Counted from the first letter of the stretch, positions 49,713 to 62,143 are shown. The stretch: DNA of 64,000 nucleotides from an uncultured Acidobacteriota bacterium (GCA_963809485.1 CAWEJX010000008.1:480001-544000), one strand, 5' to 3'. Translations and numbers: made by a program. Notes: generated by a model not told the origin, from the sequence alone.

Positions 49713-50527
49713 GTTAGCGACCGAAACCAACCCTACAAGGTCTACGACTATACTCCGACCCTGAGTCGCGACGATCCTGATGCCTACATGAAAGACTTTC
49801 ACGGCTATCTGCAGGTGGATGCCTATTCCGGCTACGACGAGCTATTCCGGGACCGGAACCGTGACATCCCTGAGGTCGCCCTTGGGGCTCCTGCGAGCCG
49901 GCATTATTTTGAAGCGCAATTCTCGGACCTGATGCATTTGACCGTGATATTGGCCCACATACGTCTGCCGTATAACGTCGCGCGAGAAGCCCGAACCATG
50001 GGACTGACCGGCGAGGCCAGAAAAGCCCTGCGCCAGGCCAAATCCATACCAATACTTGAGGACATTGGGGTCCGATATCCAGCGTGAACAGATCGCGGTC
50101 TTACCCAAAAGTCCTGAGGGCATGGCTATCTCATACACGTTATCAAACTGGTACGCACTGGTGCGCTACTGCAACAATGGCAACCTGGAGATCGATAACC
50201 TTGGTTCCGAGCTCAGCCTGCGGGGTGTCGCAGCGGGGAGAAAAAACTGGAATTTTTACGGAAGCGATAGGGGAGGAAGAACTACCGCGGTATTTGCGAG
50301 TATCACAGCCATAGGCAAACGCCTGCGCATGGATCCATTTCAATGCCTGCGCGACGTCTTCCAAAGTATCAGCACATATCCTCAAAACGATCTCGAAGAG
50401 TTACAGCCCGACAGGTGGAGAGCCGCACGGGCGGTCGCAAACACGCATTCCTAATCCAGCACAGTTTGCGGGTTGCCAATTCCACGAAACGCAGACAATG
50501 CCAGGTTTGTGTTCACCGAGCGCATAC
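49713..50527 (+). mobile_element. Degraded IS66 family element (TnpC C-terminal remnant)
   Basis: GYLQVDAYSGY; AISYTLSNW..L.RY..NG.LEIDN...E..LR.VA.GRKNW.F.GS..GG; frameshift about 50060; right end GTGTTCACCGAGCGCATAC. Confidence 0.85.
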
Positions 50528-50586
50528 GTACGGTGACGTTGTTGTGGATCAATTACAATTAGAGATGTATATATGCGCATCCTCCT

Positions 50587-53500
50587 CTAATGTGTGATGT
50601 ATTCTACATTTAACTTGGGCGCGCTGCTAGGATTCGTATCGAAGGGGATTGCTGATCGAAGTCCAGTCCCCGTGATGATGATCGCCAAAGAATTGCCACT
50701 TACCCAACCAGGTCGATTCACAATTTCCTGAATGATCAAAGATATATCGGGAGTTTTCTCTCTGGGACCCGTTTCTCCTTTGGCTGTCCATGCTTCAGGA
50801 GACCAAGGAATGGCTGTTGAAGTCCTTGTTCTGGAAGATATATTCCTTGCAGGAGAGGCAAAGACAAGTGCGTTATCTGTGTTTTGACCCTCAATTATGA
50901 GAGATGTAACCGCAGAGGCTTTTCCTACTGCACTGAATTGTATATAGGCATTGACGATCGTTGCTCCAGTGGGAATATTCACGCCGTTGAACCGAATGCC
51001 TATGGTTTGGTTACCCGTTGCCTTCTGAACCATTTCAAGATCTGTGCTTGTGAGATTCATTACCCCACTATAACTCTCTTCTGCGTCATCTGCGCGGGCT
51101 GCAACAGGTATGAGCAAGACTCGGACATCAGGTGCATTGATTGCAAAAGTCTGGGCATTCGAGGTCCCCCCTCCCGGGACAGGATTGAATACGGTTACGC
51201 TCGCGGTCTCTGCGCTGGCGATGTCCGAGGCAGAGACCGAGGCCGTCAGCTGCGTCCCACTTACATAGGTCGTCGCCCGGTCTGCTCCATTCCAGCGCAC
51301 TACGGAACTCGAGATGAAGCTGCTGCCGTTGACGGTGAGAGCAAAGGCCGGACCGCCGGCTGTGGCCGAAGCGGGGCTCAGGCTCGTCGTTGCGGGCACC
51401 GGATTGTCGGCAGCAGTTGATCGTGAAGGTCTGCGCGTTCGAGGTTCCGCCGCCCGGGACAGGATTGAATACGGTCACACTCGCCGCTCCCAACACCGGC
51501 TATGTCAGAGGCCAGGATCGAGGCCGTAAGCTGCGTCGCATTCACATAGGCCGTCGTCCGGTCCGCTCCATTCCAGCGCACTATCGAACCGGAGATGAAA
51601 TTCGCTGCCGTTAACCGTAATCGTAAAGGCTGGACCGCCAGCCGTGGCCGAAGCGGGGCTCAGGCTCGTCGTTGCGGGCACCGGATTGTCGAAAGCGTTG
51701 ATCGTGAAGGTCTGCGCGTTCGAGGTCCCGCCTCCCGGGGCAGGATTGAATACGGTCACACTCGCCGTTCCCGCACCGGCTATGTCAGAGGCCGGGATCG
51801 AGGCCGTAAGCTGCGTCGCATTCACATAGGCCGTCACCCGGTCCGCTCCATTCCAGCGCACTATCGAACTCGAGATGAAGTTGCTGCCGTTAATTGTGAG
51901 AGTAAAAGCCGGACCCCCAGCTGTGGCCGAAGCGGGGCTCAGGCTCGTCGTTGTCGGGCACCGGATTGTCGGCAGCGTTGAGCGTGAAGGTCTGCGCGTT
52001 CGAGGTTCCGCCGCCCGGGACAGGATTGAATACGGTCACATTCGCCGTTCCCGTGCCGGCTATATCAGAGGCCGGGATCGAGGCCGTAAGCTGCGTCGCA
52101 TTCACATAGGCCGTCACCCGGTCCGCCCCATTCCAGCGCACTATAGAACTCGAGATGAAGTTGCTGCCGTTAATGGTGAGAGTAAAATCTGGGCCGCCGG
52201 CTGTGGCCGAAGCGGGGCTCAGGCTCGTCGTTGCGGGCACTGGATTGTCAGCAGTGTTGATCGTGAAGGTCTGCGCGTTCGAAGTCCCGCCTCCCGGCGT
52301 GGGATTAAAGACTGTCACGCTCGCGGTCCCTGAATTGGCTATGTCAGAGGCAGAGATCGAGGCCGTCAGCTGCGTCGCACTTAAATAGGTCGTAGCCCGG
52401 TCCGCCCCGTTCCAGCGCACTATAGAACTCGAGCTGAAGCTGCTGCCGTTAACGGTAAGAGTAAAATCAGGGCCGCCGGCTGTGGCCGAAGCGGGGCTCA
52501 GGCTCGTCGTCGCGGGCACTGGATTGTCGGCAGCGTTGATCGTGAAGGTCTGTGCGTTCGAAGTCCCGCCTCCCGGCGTGGGATTAAAGACTGTCACGCT
52601 CGCGGTCCCTGAATTGGCTATGTCAGAGGCAGAGATCGAGGCCGTCAGCTGCGTCGCACTCACTAGGTCGTCACCCGGTCCGCTCCGTTCCAGCGCACTA
52701 CAGAACTCGAGATGAAGCTGCTGCCGTTAACGGTGAGAGTAAAAGTCAGACCGCCGGCTGTGGCCGAAGCGGGACTCAGGCTCGTCGTCGCGGGCACCGG
52801 ATTGTCGGCAGCGCTGATCGTAAAGGTCTGCGCGTTCGAGGTCCCCCCTCCCGGCGCGGGATTAAAGACGGTCACGCTCGCAGTCCCTGCACTGGCGATG
52901 TCCGAGGCAGAGATCGAGGCCGTCAGCTGCGTCGCACTCAAATAGGTCGTCGCCCGGTCCGCTCCGTTCCAGCGCACTACAGAACTCGAGGTGAAGCTGC
53001 TGCCGTCGACGGTGAGAGTAAAAGCCAGACCGCCGGCTGTGGCCGAAGCGGGACTCAGACTCGTCGTCGCAGGCACCGGATTGTCGGCAGCGTTGATCGT
53101 GAAGGTCTGTGCGTTCGAAGTCCCGCCTCCCGGGACAGGACTGAATACCGTCACACTCGCGGTCCCTGCACTGGCTATGTCCGAGGCTGGGATCGAGGCC
53201 GTCAGCTGCGTCGCACTCAAACAGGTCGTCGCCCGGTCCGCTCCGTTCCAGCGCACCATGGAAACGGACACAAAACTCGCACCATTAACCGTAAGCGTGA
53301 AGCCTGATCCGCCGGCTGTGGCCGAAGCGGGACTCAGGTTCGTCGTTTCCGGCACCGGATTGTCGGCGGCGTTGATCGTAAAGGTCTGCGCGTTCGAGGT
53401 TCCCCCTCCTGGAGCAGGACTGAATACGGTCACACTCGCGGTCCCTGCTACTTCTATATCCGAAGCCAGGATCACTGCGGTTAATTGCGTCGAAGAATCA

Positions 53501-54918
53501 ACTGTCGTAACTCTATCCGCCCGGTTCCAGCGTACTATTGAGCCAGATACAAAGCCGGTGCCATTAACCACAAGATTGAATGTCGCGTCCCTTGCTGTTG
53601 CCGCTGCGGGACTCAGGCTCGTCGTTGCAGGCACCGGATTGTCGGCAGCGTCGATCATGAATGTCTGTGCGCTTGAGGTCCCGCCTCCCGGGGCAGGATT
53701 AAATACGGTCACATTCGCTGTCCCTGAATTGGCTATGTCAGCTGCAGGAATAGAGGCTGTAAGCTGCGTTGGACTCAAATAGGTCGTTGCCCGGTCCGCT
53801 CCGTTCCATCGAACTACAGAGCTCAAGATGAAGTTGCTGCCGTTGACGGTGAGAGTAAAAGCCGGACCTCCGGCCCTGGCCGAAGCGGGGTTTAGGCTTG
53901 TAGCTGAAGGCATCGGATTGTCGAGCGGGGGAAACGAAATTTCATATAACTTGCCATCATTCTCCAAGGGATTTTGGCCGTTATCAACACCGCGAGCCAC
54001 AATGTAGAGATTCTTCTGTGTGGGATTTTTGCTCGCCGGAGCATAAACCATGCCGCCGCCTGCACCCAATGACACCACGCGGGAAGCATCGATATAGCGG
54101 AGAAGCGTCCCATCAATCGTTGTCTCGGCAATTTTTCTTTTATAGCTCATGACGTATAAGTGACCATTTTCCGAATTGAACGCGATGCCTTCCGGGTCCA
54201 ATATTCCAAGGGCACTCGTATCAAAGTGCGTAACGACATCATCTCCAGCGGGTGGTATTCCGTCGAACACACCATTGAGACCTGGCGAGATGTCATAAAC
54301 TTCGGTGCCCTCACCGTCGGCAATGAGCAAATGACCTCTCGAAGCATCGAAAGTGATATCCTCCGGATCATCACTTCCAAAAGACCTGGTGCTAAAATAC
54401 GTAACAACATCATCTGCCGTGTTGTAGGCTGCATCCTGCCCCGGATTTAGAATGAATACTCTCCCCCAATTGTCGTCCGCAAAAAATAGAAACCTGCTCA
54501 CCGGATCGAAGCTGACGCCCGTCGGCTCATGCGAAAAGGGTATCGTTGTAAGAGTGCCAACCAGCTGACCTGATAATGTCACATCAAACAGGTTGACGCC
54601 CGCAAAGTATGGCGGCATTTCATCAACTTCACTGTCGCATATCAACAGCCTATCGGAATCGGGGATGTAGGTCAGGCCAGCCGGATCAGGGCTTGGTGGG
54701 GAAAAAGCCGAAGTCTCAATGATGCGTTCCAATGTTGCTTGAACAACGGGAGTCTGTGCAGAAACAGGAAGGGCTAATAGGGAACCGTGCATTAGAAATA
54801 TCAAGAGTAAATTCTGGATTATTTTGTTTTTTCTTAAAAACCTGTGATGAGACAAGGCGTCCTCCTGTCTGGCTTGTTTTTTTCGCTCGCTTCCCACGTC
54901 TTCAAGCAGTTTTTGCAT
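50587..54918 (-). CDS. Large secreted protein: N-terminal beta-propeller, 10 IPT/TIG repeats (279 bp each) and a C-terminal beta-sandwich; broken by 5 single-base indels
   Basis: [28 protein letters not shown]...SVVRWNG repeat x10; indels at about 52663, 51953, 51600, 51490, 51412 (net +3, about 1440 aa when repaired). Confidence 0.8.
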
Positions 54919-54968
54919 GCCTCTTACACTGCCTTTTCTTATTCATACCCCTTCGAAGAGATTCCGGA

Positions 54969-55454
54969 TTACTTCTTCGCTCCCGCCCGTCTAAGAACAT
55001 TTTCAATTTCGCGTTGGTTTTTTCGAACAGCGTGCGTCAATGCTGTCGACCCATCGTATGCATCCTTAGCATTGACGTCGGCCCCTTGGGCCAAGAGTTC
55101 TCTGACAATGCTAAGGTGACCGTTCCTTGAAGCACAAATCAATGCTGTTACGCCATATCTCTTCTTGGCGTTGATGTCGGCGCCTTGAGCCAGGAGCTCC
55201 CGGACGACATCAAGGTGACCTTCCTTGGAGGCATAGATTAATGCGGACCAGCCATATTCGTCCGTGGCATTAACACTGGCCCCTTTGGCAAGGAGTAGTT
55301 TTACGGTATGAAGGTCGCCGCATGTTGCGGCTTTAAGCAAGTCCTCATCTATTCCAGCGGTGGCAAAAGCTGTCCATAGCATTACTATGGATATGATGAT
55401 CATTTTTGCGCTTATCCTGCGGGCTTTCAGCTCCATCGTCTTACCTGATACCAT
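54969..55454 (-). CDS. Ankyrin repeat protein, probably secreted
   Basis: GWSALIYASKEGHLDVVRELLAQGADINAK repeats x3-4; hydrophobic leader. Confidence 0.88.
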   Translation of the reverse strand: MVSGKTMELKARRISAKMIIISIVMLWTAFATAGIDEDLLKAATCGDLHTVKLLLAKGASVNATDEYGWSALIYASKEGHLDVVRELLAQGADINAKKRYGVTALICASRNGHLSIVRELLAQGADVNAKDAYDGSTALTHAVRKNQREIENVLRRAGAKK

Positions 55455-56429
55455 GTTGGACCCCCTTTTCGCGTCTTCTATGGAAGTGCCCCTCTCGCTT
55501 ACGAATGCCGCTCTCCTCATTCCCTAAAAGATGGAAGAAGCGCTGTCGTCAGGTTTCGAATACGGTATTTGCTTTCAAACTCTGCATGAGAAAGAACTAA
55601 TGATTGAGCCCGTCTCTGAAGGTCATCTTCCTCCTGAAAACGCCCCCCTTCCTCGGCAATAATGCGTTAAAAATTTATGCCTGCCAGATAGGCCCCTATC
55701 GCATCGATGGCATTCGATCACTCGATTGTTCTCCGCATGATAACTACGGATTTTTCAGTATGGCTGCTTCCTCATGGCGTACGTCATGGGTGAGGCAATC
55801 AGGACTCTCAAGAGGGTACAGTGATGAAAGGAGGTATCACCAGCATCACCACCTGCTCGGTTTTCCTATTGTGTTTGACTATATCATCCAATTTCCATTT
55901 ACCCCAAACGCATTGGGATTAACGCATTTTAATTATCGCATGATAATTTGGTGCAAGGATCAGGCCCAGCCGTGTCGGCAGTAGTACTCAAATGTGGCCC
56001 CTGGCATCCATCGGCGGGTCGAATGGCCGCTAGGCAAGGCCCAGCATCCAAATCCTATGTTCCTCAACTCCGCGAATCCTGTCTAACACACAAGTGTTAC
56101 CAACATATTTCCTCAGGCTAATGATGTCTATGGCACTATGGTAGAGTCCTTAATTAGCCCTTTGGTACCATAAGGGCAGGAACCAAAACCTTTATCCGAG
56201 ACTTTTTGGCATAATTCAGAGAAGATTTGTCTAAATCCCTGTTACCGTCATATCCTGAAACAGGCTGATTCCTGAAAAGAAGGTCAGGCGTCAAACTGTT
56301 CAAAATGCAACAGCGATGATGCTCTCATCGCAGCGGCATCGTCCGCTGGGATCTCAAAGCCGGGGCTAAGCGCATGGGATTCGGCCTTGCGCAGAATTGC
56401 ACCTTGGCCCATGGCAGGCACAACGAGCT

Positions 56430-56880
56430 AATCGCCGATGGCAAGCCCTCCCATGGCCGGCCACCTCGCGAAGGCAGGATATCTGCTCGCAACACACGAT
56501 ATCGACCGCGCAAAAGCAAATGCCCAAGCGGCGCAACTGGTCTTCATGGTGGGCGGAGAAAAGGAGCCCGTCAACAGGGTGATGCCGCTGCTCGAGCTCA
56601 TGGGGAAGAAGGCATTCCACCTCGGTCCCATAGGAGCTGGGCATGCCATGAAATGCATAAATAACCTAATCACGGCGATCACGTTTATGGCGACCACAGA
56701 AGGTTTGATCGTGGGTAAGGAATTCGGCCTTGATCCGGATGTAATGACCGACGTGCTGAGCGTCTCCACCGGAATGCCCTGGATCAGCCAGACTCAATTC
56801 AAACAGCGCATCATGATCAGGAAATTCGACGATCCCTTCCGGCTCGAGCAAATGACCCAAACGGAAATAACCTCGGTCCC
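56430..56880 (+). pseudogene. 3-hydroxyisobutyrate dehydrogenase family remnant with internal deletion
   Basis: PMAGHLAKAGY joined almost directly to LVFMVGG...HLGPIGAGHAMKCINN. Confidence 0.7.
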
Positions 56881-56968
56881 ATCGGATCAACGACCCCTAG
56901 AAAAAATTCAGCGTTCGTCGGCGTTTCCCTCAGCGTGAGTCAGCGTTATCAAAGCTGAGGAATTCCCG
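56881..56968. repeat. About 85-bp dispersed repeat, copy 2
   Basis: Matches 49581-49665. Confidence 0.85.
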
Positions 56969-57080
56969 ATGAATTAGCTTTCAATAAATTCGTGAGAATT
57001 CATTGCCTTTGTTGTTCTATACTACCGCCAGCCATCGCATCGAAATATCTGAGGCTCTGGAATTTATAGGAGATTTGACC

Positions 57081-59543
57081 TTGCCAGAAAAATACCGGCC
57101 GTGGACCTGGAAGATACCCGAGGGCAGTTCCGAAGCAAAACGCAGCATGACGCGCCAGGATGGTTTCGAGCGCGTCAGCGGAACCGCGGTCTACACCAGG
57201 GACATCCATCTTCCAGGGATGCTCTATGCGAAGACCTACACGTCTCCCTACGCTCATGCCAAAATCCTAAGCATGGACACAAGCGCCGCCCGGGCGCTGG
57301 AGGGCGTGCGCGACATCCTCCGCTTTGACGATCCCGAAGTCGTGGAGGAGAATGTTACCGGAACCGACGCCCACTACAACATCCTCACCCTGCCCGGCAT
57401 CAGCGACTTTTATCAGCATCCCATGGGCATGGTGGTCGTGGCGGACAGCGAAGAGATATGCGACCAGGCGCTGAAGCTCATAAAAATTGAATGGGAAGAG
57501 CGGCCGTTCGTCCTGGATTTCGAGGAAGCCCTGAAGCCGGACGCTCCAAAAATCTGGAGCGAGGTGGAGCGCCTCAGGCGTACGGCCAAAGAGCCCAACA
57601 CCATTATTACGGAAAGCGTCGAAATCGGGGATGTCGAAAAAGGCTTCGCCGAGGCAGACAAGATCATCGAATACAAGATAACGAGGGCTACAAATTCGAC
57701 CGCGGGCGTCGAAGCCATGGCCTGCGTGGCGCAATGGCGAGGGGAGTTCCTGGATCTCTGGGTGCATCATCAATATAACCAGGTGCCCTATATCACCAGC
57801 GAAACCAATCCTCAGATGCAGTTCGACGGGGATGATATGGATTTTCCCGCCCAGATGCCGAGCAATTTCGGCCGCATGCCCAGCAAAAGAAAACGTCTGC
57901 CTCCGCTCGTTCACTGGTCCAAACTGACGCTGACCTATCCCTTCCAGGGATCCTGGTTTGGAGGGGTGACATGGCTGGCATATTCCGCGGGATTTATCCG
58001 GCTGGCCGTCATCCTGGCCAGGAGGGCGGGCGGCAGGCCGGTGAAGATGCTTTACGACGAAAGCCAGTTTTACATCAACGGCGACGAAGCCGGCACCTAC
58101 ACGTGTAAAATCGGCGCAAAAAAGGACGGGACGGTCACTGCCTACGACTGGCACACGGTGGGGATGAGAAATCCCGGCATCGACAAAACACCCGAATGCA
58201 CAAAAATACACAACATACGGGGCCGGGAGTCCTGGGCGTTCACTAATCAGGGCCACCATCAGTGTTACAGGCATGGGGCTGCAGCGTGCATTCCTCACAA
58301 TTTGATGTTCGCCCGCGTGGCGGCCGAATTCGGGCTCGATCCCACAGAGGTTGCGCTGAAGAACGACGGCTGCGGCGGCCATTCTTGGGATTGGGTCACC
58401 GAATACCAGAAGGAAAATGGTTTTCCGCAAAGGCACAGTCTTAAAGAGGTGATCGATCTCGGCAAAAAGGCCATCGGCTGGGATGAAAAGTGGCATCCTC
58501 CCGGGGCGCGGAAACTCCCCAACGGTAGAATGCACGGGCTGGGATTCATGTCCATCCACGAATGGCAGGTGGGCATCTTTTCCGGGCCTGCGCCGCCGCT
58601 GGCCTGCCTTATATTACGCGATGGTAAGGTCGCGATTATCGCGACACGCTGCGATATGGGAATCGATTCGGAATCCGGATACCGCATGTGCGTAGCTTCC
58701 GAATCGGGAATGAAGTACGAAGATACTGTTATACAGGTGCGCCGCTCCGATAATAACGCCTATGTCTTTCCAGGTCCCGGCGGCTCCTTCGGCACAACAG
58801 GCACGACGCCTCAACTCGTGCTGGCCGCCCGGGAACTGAAACGAAAAATCCTCCAGTATGCCGTAATGCCGAGATCGACAATGAAGGGTCCCGGGGAGCC
58901 CTTCTTCGCCGGCAGGAAGCTTGAGGATCTCGACATCCGGGATAGTTATATATTCGAGAAGGCAAATCCGGAAAACAGGAAATCTGTTACAGAGGTAGCC
59001 AATCCATTCTGGAATGCCGACCCGGCAATCGTCCATCCTGCAGCGGGTTCATTGGGGGAATTGAAGTCGGAGGGCAAGCCGGATGGCCAGCTTCACTTTA
59101 TGGCCAGGCAGGCCCACTTCGTGGAGGTGGAGGTGGACACGGAGACCGGCCTGGTGGATGTAACCAATATGGTGTGCGTCAACGACGTGGGACATGTGTT
59201 CAATCCACAGGGCGCCATGGGCCAGCAGTACGGGGGCGCAATTATGGGCCTGGGCAGGTCCGCAACCGAGGAGAAGGTCTACTGTCCGAGGACCGGCGTC
59301 GGACTGAACTGGGATCATATAGGATATGCTTTGCCGAGCATGAGCGACTATCCGCCCGTCGAGTGCATCCTCAACGAGAGCCATCTGGGATATTCCACCT
59401 ACGGAGCATGCGGAATCGGCGAGAACGTCGGCGCGAGTGTTTCGGCCATCACGTCCCCTGCCCTATACAACGCAACAGGCAAATGGATCCTAGACTTCCC
59501 CATCACGCCCGAAAAAGTCCTTAAGGCCCTTGGAAAAATATAA
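57081..59543 (+). CDS. Xanthine dehydrogenase family molybdopterin-binding large subunit
   Basis: R.DG.ERVSGTAVYT.D...PGMLYA...SPYAHAKI, EVEVDTETG, DVG..FNP, GIGE, FPITPEKVLKAL. Confidence 0.92.
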   Translation: MPEKYRPWTWKIPEGSSEAKRSMTRQDGFERVSGTAVYTRDIHLPGMLYAKTYTSPYAHAKILSMDTSAARALEGVRDILRFDDPEVVEENVTGTDAHYNILTLPGISDFYQHPMGMVVVADSEEICDQALKLIKIEWEERPFVLDFEEALKPDAPKIWSEVERLRRTAKEPNTIITESVEIGDVEKGFAEADKIIEYKITRATNSTAGVEAMACVAQWRGEFLDLWVHHQYNQVPYITSETNPQMQFDGDDMDFPAQMPSNFGRMPSKRKRLPPLVHWSKLTLTYPFQGSWFGGVTWLAYSAGFIRLAVILARRAGGRPVKMLYDESQFYINGDEAGTYTCKIGAKKDGTVTAYDWHTVGMRNPGIDKTPECTKIHNIRGRESWAFTNQGHHQCYRHGAAACIPHNLMFARVAAEFGLDPTEVALKNDGCGGHSWDWVTEYQKENGFPQRHSLKEVIDLGKKAIGWDEKWHPPGARKLPNGRMHGLGFMSIHEWQVGIFSGPAPPLACLILRDGKVAIIATRCDMGIDSESGYRMCVASESGMKYEDTVIQVRRSDNNAYVFPGPGGSFGTTGTTPQLVLAARELKRKILQYAVMPRSTMKGPGEPFFAGRKLEDLDIRDSYIFEKANPENRKSVTEVANPFWNADPAIVHPAAGSLGELKSEGKPDGQLHFMARQAHFVEVEVDTETGLVDVTNMVCVNDVGHVFNPQGAMGQQYGGAIMGLGRSATEEKVYCPRTGVGLNWDHIGYALPSMSDYPPVECILNESHLGYSTYGACGIGENVGASVSAITSPALYNATGKWILDFPITPEKVLKALGKI

Positions 59544-59559
59544 GCGATCCGTTTTTGAT

Positions 59560-59582
59560 AGGGGCGGTCTGCAGACCGCCCG
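59560..59582 (+). repeat. REP-like palindrome
   Basis: AGGGGCGGTCTGCAGACCGCCC shortly after the stop codon. Confidence 0.6.
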
Positions 59583-59619
59583 TCAGGCAATAACCAGATT
59601 ACGCCTTTCGAGCTGCTCT

Positions 59620-59720
59620 GTAGAGCCATCCTCACCCAATCAACACTAACTGCGCGAAAATCGTATTTTTTAATATTTTTTCAGCGTGCGTCAGCGTTTA
59701 TCGGCGTGCGTCAGCGTTAA
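59620..59720. repeat. Rearranged member of the TCAGCGT composite repeat
   Basis: GAGCCATCCTCACC plus TTTTCAGCGTGCGTCAGCGTTTATCGGCGTGCGTCAGCGTTAA as at 18119 and 62221. Confidence 0.8.
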
Positions 59721-59765
59721 GATCTATAAACGGGCATCCCAAATCTGGCAAATGGAGGCGTGGGG

Positions 59766-59990
59766 ATGATGATTGAAAAGACATTGGCCAAGATTGTCGG
59801 ATCGGGCAACGTCATCCGTAATCAGGCGGCGCTGGATGATTATCTTGCCATCAGGGATTCCCTGCCCGCCTGGGTGCTTTTCTACAACCTCGCGGCCTAT
59901 GAATATCTGCCGGAGGAAAGAATCAGCGGCCAGGTTCAGGATGCAATAGATCTTGCGCAACGGATAGGAGTAGATCAGGTAAAAGCGATA
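59766..59990 (+). pseudogene. FAD-binding oxidoreductase remnant
   Basis: LAKIVGSGNV N-terminus fused to a later segment (LPAWVLF...YEYLPEERI). Confidence 0.45.
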
Positions 59991-60543
59991 GGCAAAACAT
60001 CATGCGCAGGAGACCGTGAGGCGCCGAGCAAGGTCGTGCGGATACGAGGCTGCCAAGAACTCTGACCCGCACTGGAGCCGACAGGAGGTGCGTCACAATA
60101 TTCGAGGCAATACGCGTGGGGCTGGAGCGATCGTCTGCGGATTTGCAGGCATGATAGGCTCAGCCCTTGCATCGAAATACGGGATGCCATGAGCCGCCGG
60201 AGGACTTAAGCTCTGGTGCCCGTTCATCATAGAACGTTCCACTGATTCATTTGTGTTGGACGTCGAAGTCGTCGGGAGCCTGCCGGATGAGGCAACGATG
60301 CCCAAATGGTTGTTCTGGCTGTAACTTGCCTGAGCGTATGGCAATCAAAATGCATCCATCCATCGACGCTCTTCTTCCTCATCCGGTTCATGCATAGAAT
60401 CGTTCTCGGCATTTGCATTCTTGAGAGATTCGGTAATGGGCAGTCGGATTCTTCAGCCATATCGAATACCCAAGCTAGCGGATTTATAAGTGTCTTCTGA
60501 ATTTCAGAAAAGCTTCCTGCGTGGCTATTCTGAGGAGGGCGTT

Positions 60544-61205
60544 ATGGGACTTGCGGATTATCGGAGGGAGATGGAGCTTTGCCACGCTGTTCAGCCTGCA
60601 AATTCATGCCCCTGGAGAAAGTCGAGAAATTCGAGCACGTAAACGTCTGCCCCAGCATTTCCAGATACAATTTTCACGCCTAATCAGGCGGCGGACGCAT
60701 GGTTTTCGGCGTGGCGATGCTGGAGAACCGGATCGACTATTCGGACAAGCTGCTCGAAATTGTCTACAACTGCCAGATGTGCGGCGCCTGCGACGTCTCC
60801 TGCAAGTATTCCCTGGACATGGAGGTGCTGGAGCCGCTCAATGCAATGCGGATTCAATGTGTGGAAGACGGCCACACATTCCTCCCCTTGACGCCACTGT
60901 CAACAGCCTGCGGAAGCAAGGCTCGATGGTTCCTGGCCCGAAAGCCAAGAAAAGCCAATGGGCCGATGGACTGAAGGTTAAGGACACCACAAAACAGAAG
61001 GCCAAAGTGCTTTATCACACTGGCTGCCGGACCAATTATGATAGGGATATGTGGCCGGCGGCCCAAGCCGCTGTTTCGCTGCTCCAGAAGGCGGGCGTTG
61101 ACCCTGGAATCCGCGGGGACAGCGAACTCTGCTGCGGCGGCCGCGCCTACCAGATGGGATACCAGGCGGATTTCCTCAAAACAGCCCAAAAGAACATCGA
61201 GCTGA
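60544..61205 (+). pseudogene. GlpC/HdrD-like Fe-S oxidoreductase pseudogene
   Basis: C..CSACKF, CPSISRYNFHA*SGGG (in-frame TAA 60681), CQMCGACDVSC, YHTGC, ELCCG; two frameshifts. Confidence 0.8.
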
Positions 61206-61807
61206 TGGGCTTCAACGTCGCCATGATGGCAGCCAACGTCTCAACCAGCAATGAAGAGGCCGTGAACATATTCAGACGTTCACCGACTCCGTTCAGGGAC
61301 CGGGATTGATGCTCATGATCGCGGGGACATCTGCAAGGGACTTTGAATATAAAAAGAAGGTGCTGTAGAAGATCATGGAGGAAACCGGCGCGTGGTCTCT
61401 GAAACCGGTTGAGGATCCTGAACTGGGCGCGGATTTTTGTGGCGGTTTATCCGGACGGTGGGATCGATTCGGGAGACTGCGCGAGCTTCGGGAACTGTAG
61501 CCCCCGTGGTTGGAGGCACGGATATCTTCCCCTTGATGACGCGGTATATCCTCGATAACTTCCGACGTCAAGCAAGACTTGATCAAGAAAGGCCTGTCGC
61601 TGGATGAAAGCGTCTATCCGTTCATCCAGTCATTGAGCATGGACATACGGGCACGGAGAAATACTTGTCGGTATGCTCCTCAAGTCCGGATTCAATACCC
61701 GACGTGCCTGGGACGCGATGCGCGAGGCCAACAGGAGAAACAGCCATGAGTTCCATCAACAGAGCGGATAGAGACGCAACTCGAAGGCATTCATCTTCGA
61801 ATTTTCC

Positions 61808-62143
61808 ATGGGCGCCGCCAGGCTGGCTGAAGGCTCGATTATGGTGAACTGCTCCTGGGTATGGGCGGGAGAGGATCCGGGCAGGATGGATGCTCATGCG
61901 CATCCCTATGCGGAGGTCATAGGATTTGCGGGGGGCGATCCCAGGCAGGCGGATGATCTTGGTGCGGAAGCCGAGATGTGGATGGATGACGAGAAGTATA
62001 TTCTGGATAAAAGCTTCCTGGTCTTTATCCCTCAGGGGCTAAAACACTGCCCCTTGATTCTCCGGAACATCAGGAAGGACATCTTTCATTTTGACATCCA
62101 GGTCACGCAAGGCGAATTCCGCGCCGTGCCGTTTAAAAAATAA
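61808..62143 (+). pseudogene. Cupin-like protein, 5'-truncated paralog of 41204-41779
   Basis: HAHPYAEVIGF.G.DP....DLGAEAEMW...EKY...FIPQGLKHCPL. Confidence 0.6.

Noticed and set aside
51120-53925. Regularly spaced repeats as a CRISPR array
   Set aside because: Units are contiguous 279-bp coding repeats with no unique spacers, and there are no cas genes
55600-56340. ORF 55604-55984 and neighbouring AT-rich sequence
   Set aside because: No motif, no RBS and atypical composition; probably decayed DNA
59990-60500. Short ORFs between the oxidoreductase remnants
   Set aside because: No frame gave a recognisable protein
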